In this document: positions 41,963 to 52,027 of the stretch, piece after piece | Layout of the letters: each line of letters opens with the position of its first letter | Numbering within the stretch: position 1 is the stretch's first letter | Assembly: GCA_965214835.1 (NCBI GenBank) | Contig: CBDCCK010000002.1 | Span: 3,072,001 to 3,136,000 of the forward strand | DNA: 64,000 bases | DNA from: Nitrosopumilaceae archaeon | Lineage (GTDB): Archaea > Thermoproteota > Nitrososphaeria > Nitrososphaerales > Nitrosopumilaceae | Reading direction: 5' to 3' | Made by a program: the position numbers and the translations under genes | Notes under the pieces: model-generated | Seen by the model: the letters and a program-made list of their open reading frames with translations, nothing else | What the model was told of the DNA's origin: nothing | Databases searched by the model: none

Positions 41963-42892
41963 ATGGAATGGATCCCGTCGTGGGTAGCAAAATCCTACGC
42001 CAAACTATATGCAGAAAAGGATACGAGTTGGTTTGATTTCGAAACTGGCAAATCAGTACTCAAAATTGCAGACAAGAGGATTCTGTCCCTTAGGCTGACA
42101 AGGCTTGTGGAGGCAGGTTTTCTGACCTCAAAAAGGGATTCTGTTGATAGGCGGAAAAAATATTTCAGGCTGATACAACCCAACGATGCAATCTTCTCCT
42201 ATGGCATACGACTATCGTCATCATCAGAGGACGTCATGGACCGCCTGGCTGCTGCCTCCAAGCACGTGGATTTTGTGTTGGGTGGAAATTATGCTGCATA
42301 TGCCTACACCGGCTATGCAACACCGGGAAAGATAGACATCCATGCCAGTGAGAGGGACAAAGACAGGCTGATTTCACTTTTGTCTGATAAATCCACGTCC
42401 GTTTCTGTAGATGATCTGTTGTCTGAGAGGATCGCAAAAACAAACGTGCACATACACTCGTCTTTGACACCTGAGATGATGGATGACTCGACGGAGCTAG
42501 GCGGCATCAAGTATGTGAATCCGGAGGTTCTCGTGATAGAGGGACTCGTAGAACAGACAGAATTCCTACTTGCAGACGCCCTTGCCCTCTTGATCAAAAA
42601 AAGAGGGGAGCTTGACTTTGACTATTTGCTAAGAATTGCAAAAGGTGAGAATGTTCAAAGGGAGCTGGGGGCCTGTCTAGAGATGATAAACTCAGGGTCC
42701 GGAAGGGATCTTTTTGATGCGGATCTGATAAACAAGATACATTCAAGTACAGGCCCGTCAAGAAGAAGACTCTTTCCAAAAAACACCACGCAGGAAACCA
42801 AAAAGTGCTACGATCTTGCAGATAGGTGGAACCTGATAACTACCTTCGAGAGGGGGTTTGTCTCGAAAATAGTCATGGATTTGGCAAGATGA
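41963..42892 (+). CDS. wHTH protein fused to a degenerate nucleotidyltransferase-like domain; putative AbiEi-type (type IV) antitoxin
   Basis: LTRLVEAGFL..RD..DRRKKYFRL MarR-like wing; FVLGGNYAAYAY..PGKIDIH. Confidence 0.65.
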   Translation: MEWIPSWVAKSYAKLYAEKDTSWFDFETGKSVLKIADKRILSLRLTRLVEAGFLTSKRDSVDRRKKYFRLIQPNDAIFSYGIRLSSSSEDVMDRLAAASKHVDFVLGGNYAAYAYTGYATPGKIDIHASERDKDRLISLLSDKSTSVSVDDLLSERIAKTNVHIHSSLTPEMMDDSTELGGIKYVNPEVLVIEGLVEQTEFLLADALALLIKKRGELDFDYLLRIAKGENVQRELGACLEMINSGSGRDLFDADLINKIHSSTGPSRRRLFPKNTTQETKKCYDLADRWNLITTFERGFVSKIVMDLAR

Positions 42893-43635
42893 CTCTGTCA
42901 GAAGAGCAGAAGATGGCAGATGTTGAGCGCGAAAGTCTCAAAGATCTCAGGGCCATCGTTGAAAAGGCAAATGAATGGGGGGTGCCTACAGTCGTCATAG
43001 GCGGATATGCCGTCAGGGCCTTTACCGATGCATACAGGCACACAAAAGACATCGACATGGCAATAGCAAAAGAAGGACAGGGGGATTTTATCGCGCTACT
43101 AAAAGGCCTAGGTTATGAGATACGAGATACCGAATTTGGACTAGCAGCAACAAAAAAATCTGGTTCAGACTTTATTGACGTCCACATAAGCGTGGGTAAA
43201 ATATACGATGTTTCAAGTGGACTGTCATATCCTGTAACCGGCCAATTATTTAGAGATTGTAAAGTCATGCCGGTAGGTGCTAGGTATGATGACAACAAGT
43301 CATGTAAAACCAACGCCCCCACAGTAGATCTGAACAGGCTTGTGATTCTAAAATTAATGCCAAGGGGCAGGCCGGAAAAAGACGCTGTTGATATTATATC
43401 ACTTATAATGGATCAATCTCGTAATATGGATATTCCAACGATTGTAAAGAAATGCCAGGAAGCTGGTTTGACGGATCACATGCTGACACAAATTCAAGAA
43501 TTTGCAGAAAAAATAAACAGCGGTAAGGTGTCAAAGATTTGGTCAAATATGACTGGTGTCAAGCTGACAGGCATCCAAGCAAGAAGCATTCAAAAATTGT
43601 TACGAGATCTGGACAAGGGCCTCAAGTGCAGATAG
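42889..43635 (+). CDS. Pol-beta-fold nucleotidyltransferase; putative AbiEii-type (type IV) toxin
   Basis: VVIGGYAV....RHTKDIDM, LVILKL..GRPEKDAVDI motifs; ATGA overlap with the upstream gene. Confidence 0.75.
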   Translation: MTLSEEQKMADVERESLKDLRAIVEKANEWGVPTVVIGGYAVRAFTDAYRHTKDIDMAIAKEGQGDFIALLKGLGYEIRDTEFGLAATKKSGSDFIDVHISVGKIYDVSSGLSYPVTGQLFRDCKVMPVGARYDDNKSCKTNAPTVDLNRLVILKLMPRGRPEKDAVDIISLIMDQSRNMDIPTIVKKCQEAGLTDHMLTQIQEFAEKINSGKVSKIWSNMTGVKLTGIQARSIQKLLRDLDKGLKCR

Positions 43636-43743
43636 GACACATATTATAGCAACGGTCACAAGTAGTTGGGGGCTTACCGGCGATCTGTAAATATACTTGT
43701 ACATGTAAAGGCGGGCAAACGACGCCGTCCCGTAGTACCCGGG

Positions 43744-43873
43744 GGGGTTGTCGTCTAACTCACCTATCTGTCTCAATCTGCACGTTTTTCTGAACTTCCG
43801 TCCCTCTTGCACGCCTAGATCCGGATGACATCGTATGGTTTTCAGGAATTCTGATGAATTAGGCGACAACCCC
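43744..43873. mobile_element. MITE family B copy
   Basis: ggggttgtcgtctaact/aattaggcgacaacccc; imperfect TSD agtacccgg/agtgcccgg. Confidence 0.85.
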
Positions 43874-43939
43874 AGTGCCCGGATATGGCATGCCGCAGCT
43901 CGCTGATCTTTCCGTACACTATCACCCTGAAAACGGCAT

Positions 43940-44294
43940 GTCTGCCCAGGTTCCAGCATTCTTCTACAACATTGAGGTACGGCGATTCTCTTGGGATCAT
44001 CGTCGGCTTGATGTTGGGATGGCCCGTCAGGATGCTGTACTTTTACCATTCAACGGTACTGTTCAACGAGTGGATAATTGCCAGGGCGCTGCTCTGCGAT
44101 AGATCCGGGGTGCAGAACGTCATGACGATGCCCGGTGTTCAAGGAGGGTATGACGATCGATATCATGGAGTCCAAACCTCAAACAAGTTTTTTACCCTGC
44201 CCTGCCAACTCTATAACGGAGGGTATGACGATCGATATCATGGAGTCCAAACCTCCCCCATGACGCCGGATTTGGGATACTTTTCACTTAGCTG
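43940..44294 (+). mobile_element. ISH3-family 3' remnant with terminal inverted repeat
   Basis: RMLYFYHSTVLFNEWIIARALL; ends gatacttttcacttagctg. Confidence 0.8.
44143..44255. repeat. Isolated repeat-spacer-repeat unit 1 (38/37/38 bp)
   Basis: ggagggtatgacgatcgatatcatggagtccaaacctc at 44143-44180 and 44218-44255. Confidence 0.95.
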
Positions 44295-44419
44295 GGGCCG
44301 TCCAGGCAGATGCGCTCAAAAATAGAGCAGGGCAGAAGCGGGCAAGAGGAGCTACTCATTGTGCACAGCTGCAAGAAAGGCAGCGAATCCATTCACGCCT
44401 AGCTTGGCCAAAGGCAGGA

Positions 44420-44493
44420 TGGGATTGGCAGGATTTGAACCTGCGACCCCTGGTACCCAAAACCAGGATCATGCCAAGCTAGACCACAATCCC
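44420..44493 (-). tRNA. tRNA-Pro(UGG)
   Basis: GGGATTG/CAATCCC acceptor stem; CTGGT-TTTGGGT-ACCAG anticodon arm; GCAGG-TTCAAAT-CCTGC T arm. Confidence 0.96.
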
Positions 44494-44793
44494 CAGATTA
44501 CACAGAATCATGGGCCCCAATTTAAGCCTGACACAGTGGTTGCAGGTGCACACTCCCAATCCCGCCTCGCCGTACCTCCATGGCCCTGCACGCAGAACCC
44601 TGCATGGCAGAACCACGTGAAACAGCGACCGCGGTGAGTAGCAAGCACACCTTCAGATGCTGCGACGCGCAAGGCCACGTCTCCCCAGTGGCCATGCAAG
44701 GTCACAGCTACATGCGAGCTCATGCCTAGCTGGCCGAGGATGGGTGCCCGTACACCGGCAGATGATGATTTTAAATAGCAACGCAGCTGAGGC

Positions 44794-45693
44794 GTGTCGT
44801 TGGAAGTAGACGACTATGTCAAGGCAGGAAGGATTGCCGGCCAGGTAAGGGAGGCTGCCAGAGGCAGAAACTGGGTCGGAAAAACGGTTTATGAAATCTG
44901 CCAGGAGATCGAGGGCCAGATTAAAGGCATGGGGGCAAGGTGCGCATTCCCGGTAAACACAAGCATCAACGAGGTTGCAGCGCACTATACTGCAGAGCCA
45001 AACGATGAGCTGACGATACGCGAGGATGATCTGGTCAAGATTGATCTGGGCGCACAGGTCAACGGCTGGATTGCAGATACGGCAGTTACCGTAAACTATG
45101 ATCCCCGGTATGACGGCCTAGTCCGGGCGGCAGAGGAGGCATTGAGCAGTGCGATGGCGCAGGTCAGGGAGGGTGTAAAGGCAAGCGACATCGGAAGGAC
45201 GATAGAGAAGACGATCAAGCAGTTGGGATACACGCCAATAGTGAACCTGAGCGGGCACTCGCTTGGGCAGTACACCATCCATGCAGGCAAGTCCATACCA
45301 AACATCTGGTCAATAGGATCGTTCTCACTGTCTGGCAGGTCGGCATATGCGTGCGAGCCCTTTGTTACGACCAGCCAGGGACTGGGATTTGTCAAGGAGG
45401 GGAAGACAAGGAATATCTTCGCCCTGGTCTCAAGGAAGAGGACAAAGAACGAGGAGGCCGACAGGCTGTTGGAGTTTATCTGGGATAACTTCAACATGCT
45501 GCCATTTGCACTGAGGTGGATAGTCGAGGAATACGAGGAGGGAAAGGCAAGGGAGCTCCTCGAGGTTCTGGTTAGGAAAAAGGCAGTCCAGGCGTATCCG
45601 GTGCTAGTCGAGGGCAACGGCCAAAGGGTGGCACAGGCAGAGCACACCTTCATTCCAAACGAGGCGGGTGCCCTGGTTACAACGGCGGCATGA
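44794..45693 (+). CDS. map: Methionine aminopeptidase type II
   Basis: AFPVN.SINEVAAHYT, KIDLGA, IADTA, NLSGH, EPF, AQAEHT motifs. Confidence 0.96.
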   Translation: MSLEVDDYVKAGRIAGQVREAARGRNWVGKTVYEICQEIEGQIKGMGARCAFPVNTSINEVAAHYTAEPNDELTIREDDLVKIDLGAQVNGWIADTAVTVNYDPRYDGLVRAAEEALSSAMAQVREGVKASDIGRTIEKTIKQLGYTPIVNLSGHSLGQYTIHAGKSIPNIWSIGSFSLSGRSAYACEPFVTTSQGLGFVKEGKTRNIFALVSRKRTKNEEADRLLEFIWDNFNMLPFALRWIVEEYEEGKARELLEVLVRKKAVQAYPVLVEGNGQRVAQAEHTFIPNEAGALVTTAA

Positions 45694-45873
45694 CTATTGC
45701 CTGACGATCTCGCCGTAGATCCTTTCTATGTAAAAGTCGCCGCCGCAGCTGCACGGGCCTGCCCTCGCAAAGACGGTGTCTCCCCGCCGGTATTTCCTTT
45801 TGGTTGATTTTTCACAAGAGTCGCATCCTTCAACGGCATACGCTACGGTGATCTCTTTTTTAGAAAATATCAT
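45694..45873 (-). CDS. Small zinc-finger protein (59 aa)
   Basis: Translated by hand: MIFSKKEITVAYAVEGCDSC..KRKYRRGD.VF...PCSCGG..YIERIYGE; start overlaps the DUF1512 stop. Confidence 0.75.
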   Translation of the reverse strand: MIFSKKEITVAYAVEGCDSCEKSTKRKYRRGDTVFARAGPCSCGGDFYIERIYGEIVRQ

Positions 45874-46991
45874 TGTGGTACGCCCATCGTATTGCCCACG
45901 CCGATTATGAGTACCGTGTTTGCAGGCTCGGTGTTGTTTTTGATCAGATCATAGACGCGTCCCCTAGCCTCATCGGCCTTCTCGGCAATGTCACGGGTCA
46001 TCAGGGTTATGGCCTCCTTTATGGACTGCTTTACAATCACAGCAAATATTGGAATGCCGCATCTTGCTGCGACCTCCTCGATTTGAAACCTCTCGGTTCC
46101 AACTCCCCCTATTGCCGCCCCAAATCCTTGTGCTATTCCCGCAGAGTCCTCGCCCTCAAACTTTAGTGCGGCATCGACCATGATTATCGCATCAAGCTTT
46201 GTCTCCTTTGCAATTGACTCTAGCGCGTCCGCGGGCCTGCCAACGGTCGACGACGGCCCCTCTGCCTTTAACAGAATCAGCCTTCTGCCTTCATACTCGG
46301 TGCTACTTGAGACGGTTTGGAATGCAATCTCCTTTTTTATAGTATTTAACATCATTTTTCCAACGACCATCGGGCCTATGCCATCCCCAATTGGCTGGCT
46401 CTGCCTAAAAGCAGGGACGGCCTCCTTTAATGCCGTAGCCTCCTCCATTATAAAAGGAAGCATCATCTGCAGCGGCAGGATTAGCGGGTAGTTGTTTTGC
46501 TTTTTTGCAGTAAGGAATAGGTGGTTGACTATCTTGTACAGCAGCTGCAGGGAGGTTGCGATTTCCAGCAGGGTCTGGATTTTGTTTAGTTCGGCATCCG
46601 GGATGTCTGGCATGATTGACTTGATGTTGCCCCGGGTATAGTCCTCCCTGGAGTGGATTGTATGCCTGATTTTTGGGATTATCCCATTTGGATCCAGGTC
46701 AACGGGTGGAATTGTAAAGTACTCCAGAAACTGGTCGATTCTGGCAGAGGGCTCCAGTTTTGGATTGCAGTTTTTCTTCACATAGTCAATCAGCTCGGCC
46801 CTAGTCTCGGCCCGGTACGAGTCAAGCATCCTTATGCTTTTTTTGATCTGGCCGGAGGTAATCTGCAGCTGAATGCGCTGCCCGTAAAAAATGAAGATGA
46901 CCACCGGCAGGATCCAGATAAGCATCATGAAGAGGCTGGTGTCGTCATTGAACCCAAAAAACTCCCCAGCGTCAAAGTCCGTAAAGTTCAC
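45870..46991 (-). CDS. DUF1512 family protein
   Basis: PVDLDPNGII, PIGDGIGP, VDAALKFEGE, IGVGNTMGV motifs. Confidence 0.88.
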   Translation of the reverse strand: MNFTDFDAGEFFGFNDDTSLFMMLIWILPVVIFIFYGQRIQLQITSGQIKKSIRMLDSYRAETRAELIDYVKKNCNPKLEPSARIDQFLEYFTIPPVDLDPNGIIPKIRHTIHSREDYTRGNIKSIMPDIPDAELNKIQTLLEIATSLQLLYKIVNHLFLTAKKQNNYPLILPLQMMLPFIMEEATALKEAVPAFRQSQPIGDGIGPMVVGKMMLNTIKKEIAFQTVSSSTEYEGRRLILLKAEGPSSTVGRPADALESIAKETKLDAIIMVDAALKFEGEDSAGIAQGFGAAIGGVGTERFQIEEVAARCGIPIFAVIVKQSIKEAITLMTRDIAEKADEARGRVYDLIKNNTEPANTVLIIGVGNTMGVPQ

Positions 46992-47131
46992 TAATTACGG
47001 CGATCAGATATTGCAAATTAAATCATTCGCTATGCGGTCAGAGGGTGGCCTCAGGCACAAAAGGCGCCGTGCCCATTCCAGGCAATTAGCGAGTGCTTTT
47101 ATTATAGTTAATATACGAAAAATCGGAAAAC

Positions 47132-47692
47132 ATGCCACAAACAAAACCCATAGTCAGCGTTGAAAACGTAGTAGCCTCTGCCTCGGTGGACCAAAAGATG
47201 GATTTGAACGAGATTACACGTACCTTTCCAGACGTGGAATATCACCCGGATCAGTTTCCCGGGCTGGTCTTTAGACTGAAGAGTCCAAAGACTGCGACAC
47301 TGATTTTCACATCAGGCAAGATGGTATGCACTGGTTCAAAGTCAGAGGAGATGGCAAGAAAGGCCGTAAAGACGGTTGTTCAAAAGCTTAGAAAGGGCGG
47401 CATCAAGGTCAAAAAGGACGCGGTCGTGGAGATCCAGAACATAGTTGCATCGATCAACCTGGGCGGAAAGATCCACCTAGAGCAGGCTGCCAGGACGCTC
47501 CCAAGAAGCATGTACGAGCCCGAGCAGTTTCCGGGCCTGATTCACAGAATGCTTGACCCAAAGACGGTAATCCTGCTGTTCTCCTCGGGAAAGCTAGTCT
47601 GCACCGGGGCCAAAAAAGAGCCCGACGTTTACAGATCCGTCAACAACCTGCATGCCCTTTTAGAAGAGAAGGATCTCATGATCTATGATTGA
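47132..47692 (+). CDS. tbp: TATA-box binding protein
   Basis: Two ENVVAS/QNIVAS..YxPxQFPGL..LIFTSGKMVCTG repeats. Confidence 0.98.
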   Translation: MPQTKPIVSVENVVASASVDQKMDLNEITRTFPDVEYHPDQFPGLVFRLKSPKTATLIFTSGKMVCTGSKSEEMARKAVKTVVQKLRKGGIKVKKDAVVEIQNIVASINLGGKIHLEQAARTLPRSMYEPEQFPGLIHRMLDPKTVILLFSSGKLVCTGAKKEPDVYRSVNNLHALLEEKDLMIYD

Positions 47693-48452
47693 CTCATAGG
47701 CCACCTTTCACCTGTTTTTGTTGATCCCAGTGGATCGCACAGGCATCATGGAGACAAGATGATTATACTGCAGGATAGTCCAGCCATCAAGGCAAAAGCA
47801 GTCGGGAGTTCAGGGCTTCCGAGCTTGCGCTGATCAGCTCACTGCCGGACAGTGGTGAGGCTAGGCCTCACAGCACATAGGAGCTAGACGTGCAGGCCTC
47901 ATCAAGGACTATAGCTTCAGACAGGCCGTGGGTAAACCAAAGGCAGTGCCTGATCTCGGTACCGCATAACAAGCACGGGCTGCCAGTCGGTGAAAAAAGC
48001 ATGGTCGTTGTCTTTTCTGGCAAGAGCCGGCCCCGGGAGCCGGACACGCTGATGATGCCTACCATATGGTTTGTGACTATGCGCAAAATCTGCATGGCTG
48101 CAAGGACGGTTTCGGTGGAAGGATGCACGGCACGGATGCGGCGCGGGGGTGTTCGGAACAGTGGCAAGCCAGAGTGTGCTTTGATCTGCAAAACAGCATG
48201 ATGCCCCACCGGCATCAGGAGTGAGCATCATCACGTGGCTTGACGGCCTTATTCCAGGCAAGGCATGGGGCGGTGATATGGACGGCATTGGCCTGCTCGG
48301 GAAGATTGTAGGCCTGCCCGGCAGTACAGCACTGCCAGCTGCACGGTTCAAAAAATCGCGGAGATCATCAAGGCAGACATTTGCACGGTGGAGCTTGCGG
48401 CGGGCCGCCGAGTCCCCGGCAGAGCTCAAGGAGAATCCCGGCACCAGATATC

Positions 48453-48791
48453 CTATCTTATCCTTGTCCCGGCAGGAACGTCCCCATGCACGGTCAGCCA
48501 AAACGGTCTGTCGTCGACATCAGCTGCTAGCAGCATCGCATCGGACTCGACTCCGGCCACCCTTTTGGGCTCTAGGTTTGCAACTGCGATGACCGTCCTG
48601 CCCACAAGATCCTCGGGCTCAAAGAACTGGGCCCCGCCAATTATGACGGTTCTCTCCTCGCCCCCAAGATCGATTGTTCCCCTGACTATCCTAGTCTTGT
48701 CCGGGATGGGCTCTGCAGATTTTATTTTTGCCACGCGAAGATCCAGCCTGGCAAAGTCATCATATGTTATGGCAGGCATGTCATGCGTCAA
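48453..48791 (-). CDS. tRNA-binding OB-fold protein (Trbp111/CsaA-like)
   Basis: YDDFARLDLRVAKI, ANLEPKRVAGVESDAMLLAA. Confidence 0.9.
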   Translation of the reverse strand: MTHDMPAITYDDFARLDLRVAKIKSAEPIPDKTRIVRGTIDLGGEERTVIIGGAQFFEPEDLVGRTVIAVANLEPKRVAGVESDAMLLAADVDDRPFWLTVHGDVPAGTRIR

Positions 48792-48818
48792 TATCCTCCC
48801 GTTAAAATGAATTTCGGC

Positions 48819-49016
48819 TCATTCCAGCTCGGGCCTGGTGGCGCCCGAGGTCTCAATTTCGTATCGTAGTGCGGCAGGCAGATCCTCATATTTTTTATTG
48901 GCAAGAACCGCAATTTGATCCACGGGCACGCCTGCCTTCCTTAGTAGCATGCCCCGCTGATGGGCATAGGCGTTCTTCCAAAAGTTCGAGGCATCAAAGG
49001 TCTGAATTTTTGGCAT
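48819..49016 (-). CDS. Hypothetical small protein
   Basis: MPKIQTFDASNFWKNAYAHQRG...; start trimmed to avoid overlap with the divergent SRPBCC gene. Confidence 0.6.
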   Translation of the reverse strand: MPKIQTFDASNFWKNAYAHQRGMLLRKAGVPVDQIAVLANKKYEDLPAALRYEIETSGATRPELE

Positions 49017-49083
49017 GTATTTTGAGGGCCTCATGCAGTCATGACGCAAATACAATATATTTAGTGTGTGAGGAAGCCCAGTC

Positions 49084-49500
49084 ATGGCCCGAATCGAGGT
49101 CTCAATGGACATCAACGCGCCTCTAGACAGAGTGTGGGGGATAGTATCGGACATAGACAACGAGCCGGAGTTCTGGAAGGGTACCAAGGAGATCAGGAAC
49201 ATATCAAGGCAGGACGGAAAGATAACTCGGGAGATCACTATTGCGTTTAGGGATCAAAAATGCATGCAGGAGGTCACCATAGAGCCCAAAAGCAGAGTTC
49301 ATGCGGTTTTTACAAAAGGCATCATTGACGGAACCAAGACGGTGACCGTGAGGCCGGAGGGGGAAAAGATCAGGCTGGAGGTAGTATGGGATATAAAGCT
49401 TGCAGGGATGATGGGGATGTTTACGGGAATGATAAAAAAGCACATCAGGGGCGGTACGGAGCAGGCCGTCGACGGCATCAGAAGGGAAGCAGAGAGTTAG
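49084..49500 (+). CDS. SRPBCC/polyketide cyclase family protein
   Basis: IEVSMDINAPLDRVWGIVSD...PEFW motif. Confidence 0.85.
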   Translation: MARIEVSMDINAPLDRVWGIVSDIDNEPEFWKGTKEIRNISRQDGKITREITIAFRDQKCMQEVTIEPKSRVHAVFTKGIIDGTKTVTVRPEGEKIRLEVVWDIKLAGMMGMFTGMIKKHIRGGTEQAVDGIRREAES

Positions 49501-49503
49501 CCC

Positions 49504-50712
49504 ATGTCGCTACTGGTAGAGGCAGTCAACTATTCCCTGGCCGCAATACTGATGGGCATAGTCGGGGCATGGCTTGTTCTTTTAAGATCTATGCTGGCGT
49601 CTTTCAGGTACACGCCATACCTGGACGGATTTCAAAAAACCAGCCACGGCGCTCCAATGGTGTCAGTAATCCTGCCTGCAAGAAACGAGGAGGGGTTTAT
49701 CGCAAAATGTCTTGGATCCCTAGTCGAGCAGGATTATGAGAACTATGAAGTCATAGCAGTTGATGACTCCTCAGAGGACGATACAGGGGACATCATCAGG
49801 GAATATGCCCGGAAAGACAGCAGGGTCGTACACGTAAGGGCAGGGCAAAAACCGGACGGATGGATGGGCAAGAACTGGGCATGCATCGAGGGCTACAAGA
49901 GGGCCGCCGGGGAGCTGCTGCTGTTTACAGACTCGGACACAAGGCACGAGCCAAACGTTGTTTCGCTGGCAGTAGGGCACCTGCTGTCCTCAAAGCTAGA
50001 CGCGCTGACTGCAATGCCAAAAATGCTGTCGCTGGATTTCTGGACGGGGATTACCCTGCCGGTGATCTCCGTGTTTTTGCATACGAGGTTTTCGGCATTA
50101 AGGGTAAATGATCCTGCAAAAAACACGGGGTATTTTTTTGGCAGTTTTTTCATCATAAGGAGGGAGGTATATGAGGGGGTCGGAACCCACGAGGGCGTAA
50201 GGCAGGAGATCATCGAGGACGGGGCGCTGGGAAGAAAGGTCAAAGAGGCAGGCCATAAAATGAAAATGGTAAGGGGGGACCACCTGATCGACGCCGTCTG
50301 GGCAAGAGACGGGCCGACGCTTTGGAATGCCTTGAAAAGACTGATGATTCCGCTGTATCTGCAAAGCAGCACGGTTGCAGTGGGGGCGTTCCTTGCAGTC
50401 CTGTTTTTGCTCTTTATGCCGTTCCCACTGCTAGGCTATGCAGTATTGGGGTTTGACGGAGGGGCCTCATCTAGCCTGCTACTGCTGTTCTCGTCGCTTG
50501 CATCACTGGTCATTTATGCCGGGGCAGTCATCGAGTCAGCCAGGGGACTCTGCGCAAGGCTGGAATACGCCATGATGTGCCCGCTGGGGGGCCTAGTGGT
50601 AGTCTCGGGCTTTATGTCAGGACTGGTTCGTGCCAAAAGCGATGCAGCAGTTTCATGGAGGGGCAGGATATACTCCATGAAGGATCATGCCCAAAGCGCA
50701 ATCAGTGTATAA
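49504..50712 (+). CDS. GT2 family membrane glycosyltransferase
   Basis: VSVILPARNEE, VDDSSED, GWMGKNWAC, FTDSD, IIEDGALG, WRGR motifs. Confidence 0.92.
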   Translation: MSLLVEAVNYSLAAILMGIVGAWLVLLRSMLASFRYTPYLDGFQKTSHGAPMVSVILPARNEEGFIAKCLGSLVEQDYENYEVIAVDDSSEDDTGDIIREYARKDSRVVHVRAGQKPDGWMGKNWACIEGYKRAAGELLLFTDSDTRHEPNVVSLAVGHLLSSKLDALTAMPKMLSLDFWTGITLPVISVFLHTRFSALRVNDPAKNTGYFFGSFFIIRREVYEGVGTHEGVRQEIIEDGALGRKVKEAGHKMKMVRGDHLIDAVWARDGPTLWNALKRLMIPLYLQSSTVAVGAFLAVLFLLFMPFPLLGYAVLGFDGGASSSLLLLFSSLASLVIYAGAVIESARGLCARLEYAMMCPLGGLVVVSGFMSGLVRAKSDAAVSWRGRIYSMKDHAQSAISV

Positions 50713-51671
50713 CCACGACGCTGTCCAGTCATCCCCAGGAACTCCCACAGCCCCAAGCAATTCAGGCTGGGCTGACTGCAGATCCGCATAGTCGCCACGA
50801 GTTGGAGCTCATCAGAGAAGCGATTCGCAATTGGCAGGTTTTGACCCAATTGGGCACAAATCTGTACCTGACGGATCAAGATACGGGCAGAACCGGGTAC
50901 CAAACCATGAAGTTGATCAAGCTGACAAAGCCCACGGGCCGTCCGTATCGCCCTATGAATCGTGATCTTGGAAAAAACCCCGCCATCTGGAGACGCTTAT
51001 CCCCTGTAGGTCGGTTCTGTCAGCTCTGATATGAACTCGTCAAGCAAGCCGATCCTTGCGATTCTGCCAAAGTTGTTTCCGCCATCCGATTCGGGCCTGT
51101 CACTTATGCTCTCACGTCCCCTTGGATACGGTTCTATGCCATCAGGTGCACCTATCCTCTTATCTGCGCCGGTCTCCCTTACGTTCTGCAACCAGAAATT
51201 CCTGTACTCGCAAGAGTATCCCGCCATGTCAACGAGTGGCTTGAGTATGATCGGCTTGCCGGACGGGACGCGGGACAGCCCCATTGAACCAGCATCGCAG
51301 GATCCTTGTCCGTGCATGCGTTCCTGCTCACCCCCAGCCTAAAGATCGGCATTCCCTCCTTGGCCAGTAGACCTTATGCGTAATCGGCACAAATCAAAAA
51401 AACCATGCAGTTTTTGCGTCATTTTTGGCAAGTCCGCAAAGGCCCAATGCACGTGCACGGCCACAGCTCCTTGCCGGCCAAGCAAAAATCACAGCAACAT
51501 GCGAGTTCATGTCTGATTGACTAAGGGGGTGACTTTACGCTGCCATGTAAGGGTCTGCTTGCAAGCTAAGTGAAATGTAAGTGGGCTGCTGTTTTTGTCT
51601 TGCTAGAGGCGTCATGCCTCTTGCCAAGTTTCTGTTTTTGCTCGATTTTTTGGTACACTTCACTTAATCTG

Positions 51672-51748
51672 CCTCCGGAAGATATGGCGTTGGGGGCACG
51701 GTGATCAAGGCCCCTGCAGGCAGTGTAGCCTAGGGGGCAAACTCTTAC
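51672..51748 (-). mobile_element. MITE family A copy 2, truncated by an ISH3-type mini-element (about 51562-51671)
   Basis: Reverse strand gtaagagtttgccccctaggctacactgc...tcttccggag; neighbour has gctaagtgaaatgta/tacacttcacttaa ends. Confidence 0.65.
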
Positions 51749-52027
51749 CGCCGTCACGTCCCTGTTCACCTTGGACTCGTCAAAATCGGCTGCGGCCACG
51801 TCTCCGCCCTCCTAGGAATCATACCTGCCATCGGCCTTCTCGTACATGGATAACGGCTTCATGCCCCATTGTCCCGGCGCCTTGTCTATTATCTCACGCA
51901 ACTCATCCAGCTGGGGAGTGCCCTCGATATCGAGCCATCCACGGATATGGTTGAAGCACCGGGTCTTGTCGCCCCCATGCCTGACAAGCTCCACCAAGGT
52001 TCTGTGCAATCTTCGACACCTGAAATA

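Noticed and set aside
47868-48450. Possible IS1634-like transposase remnant on the minus strand
   Set aside because: Only a vague resemblance (FRTPPRRIRA); too decayed to support a call
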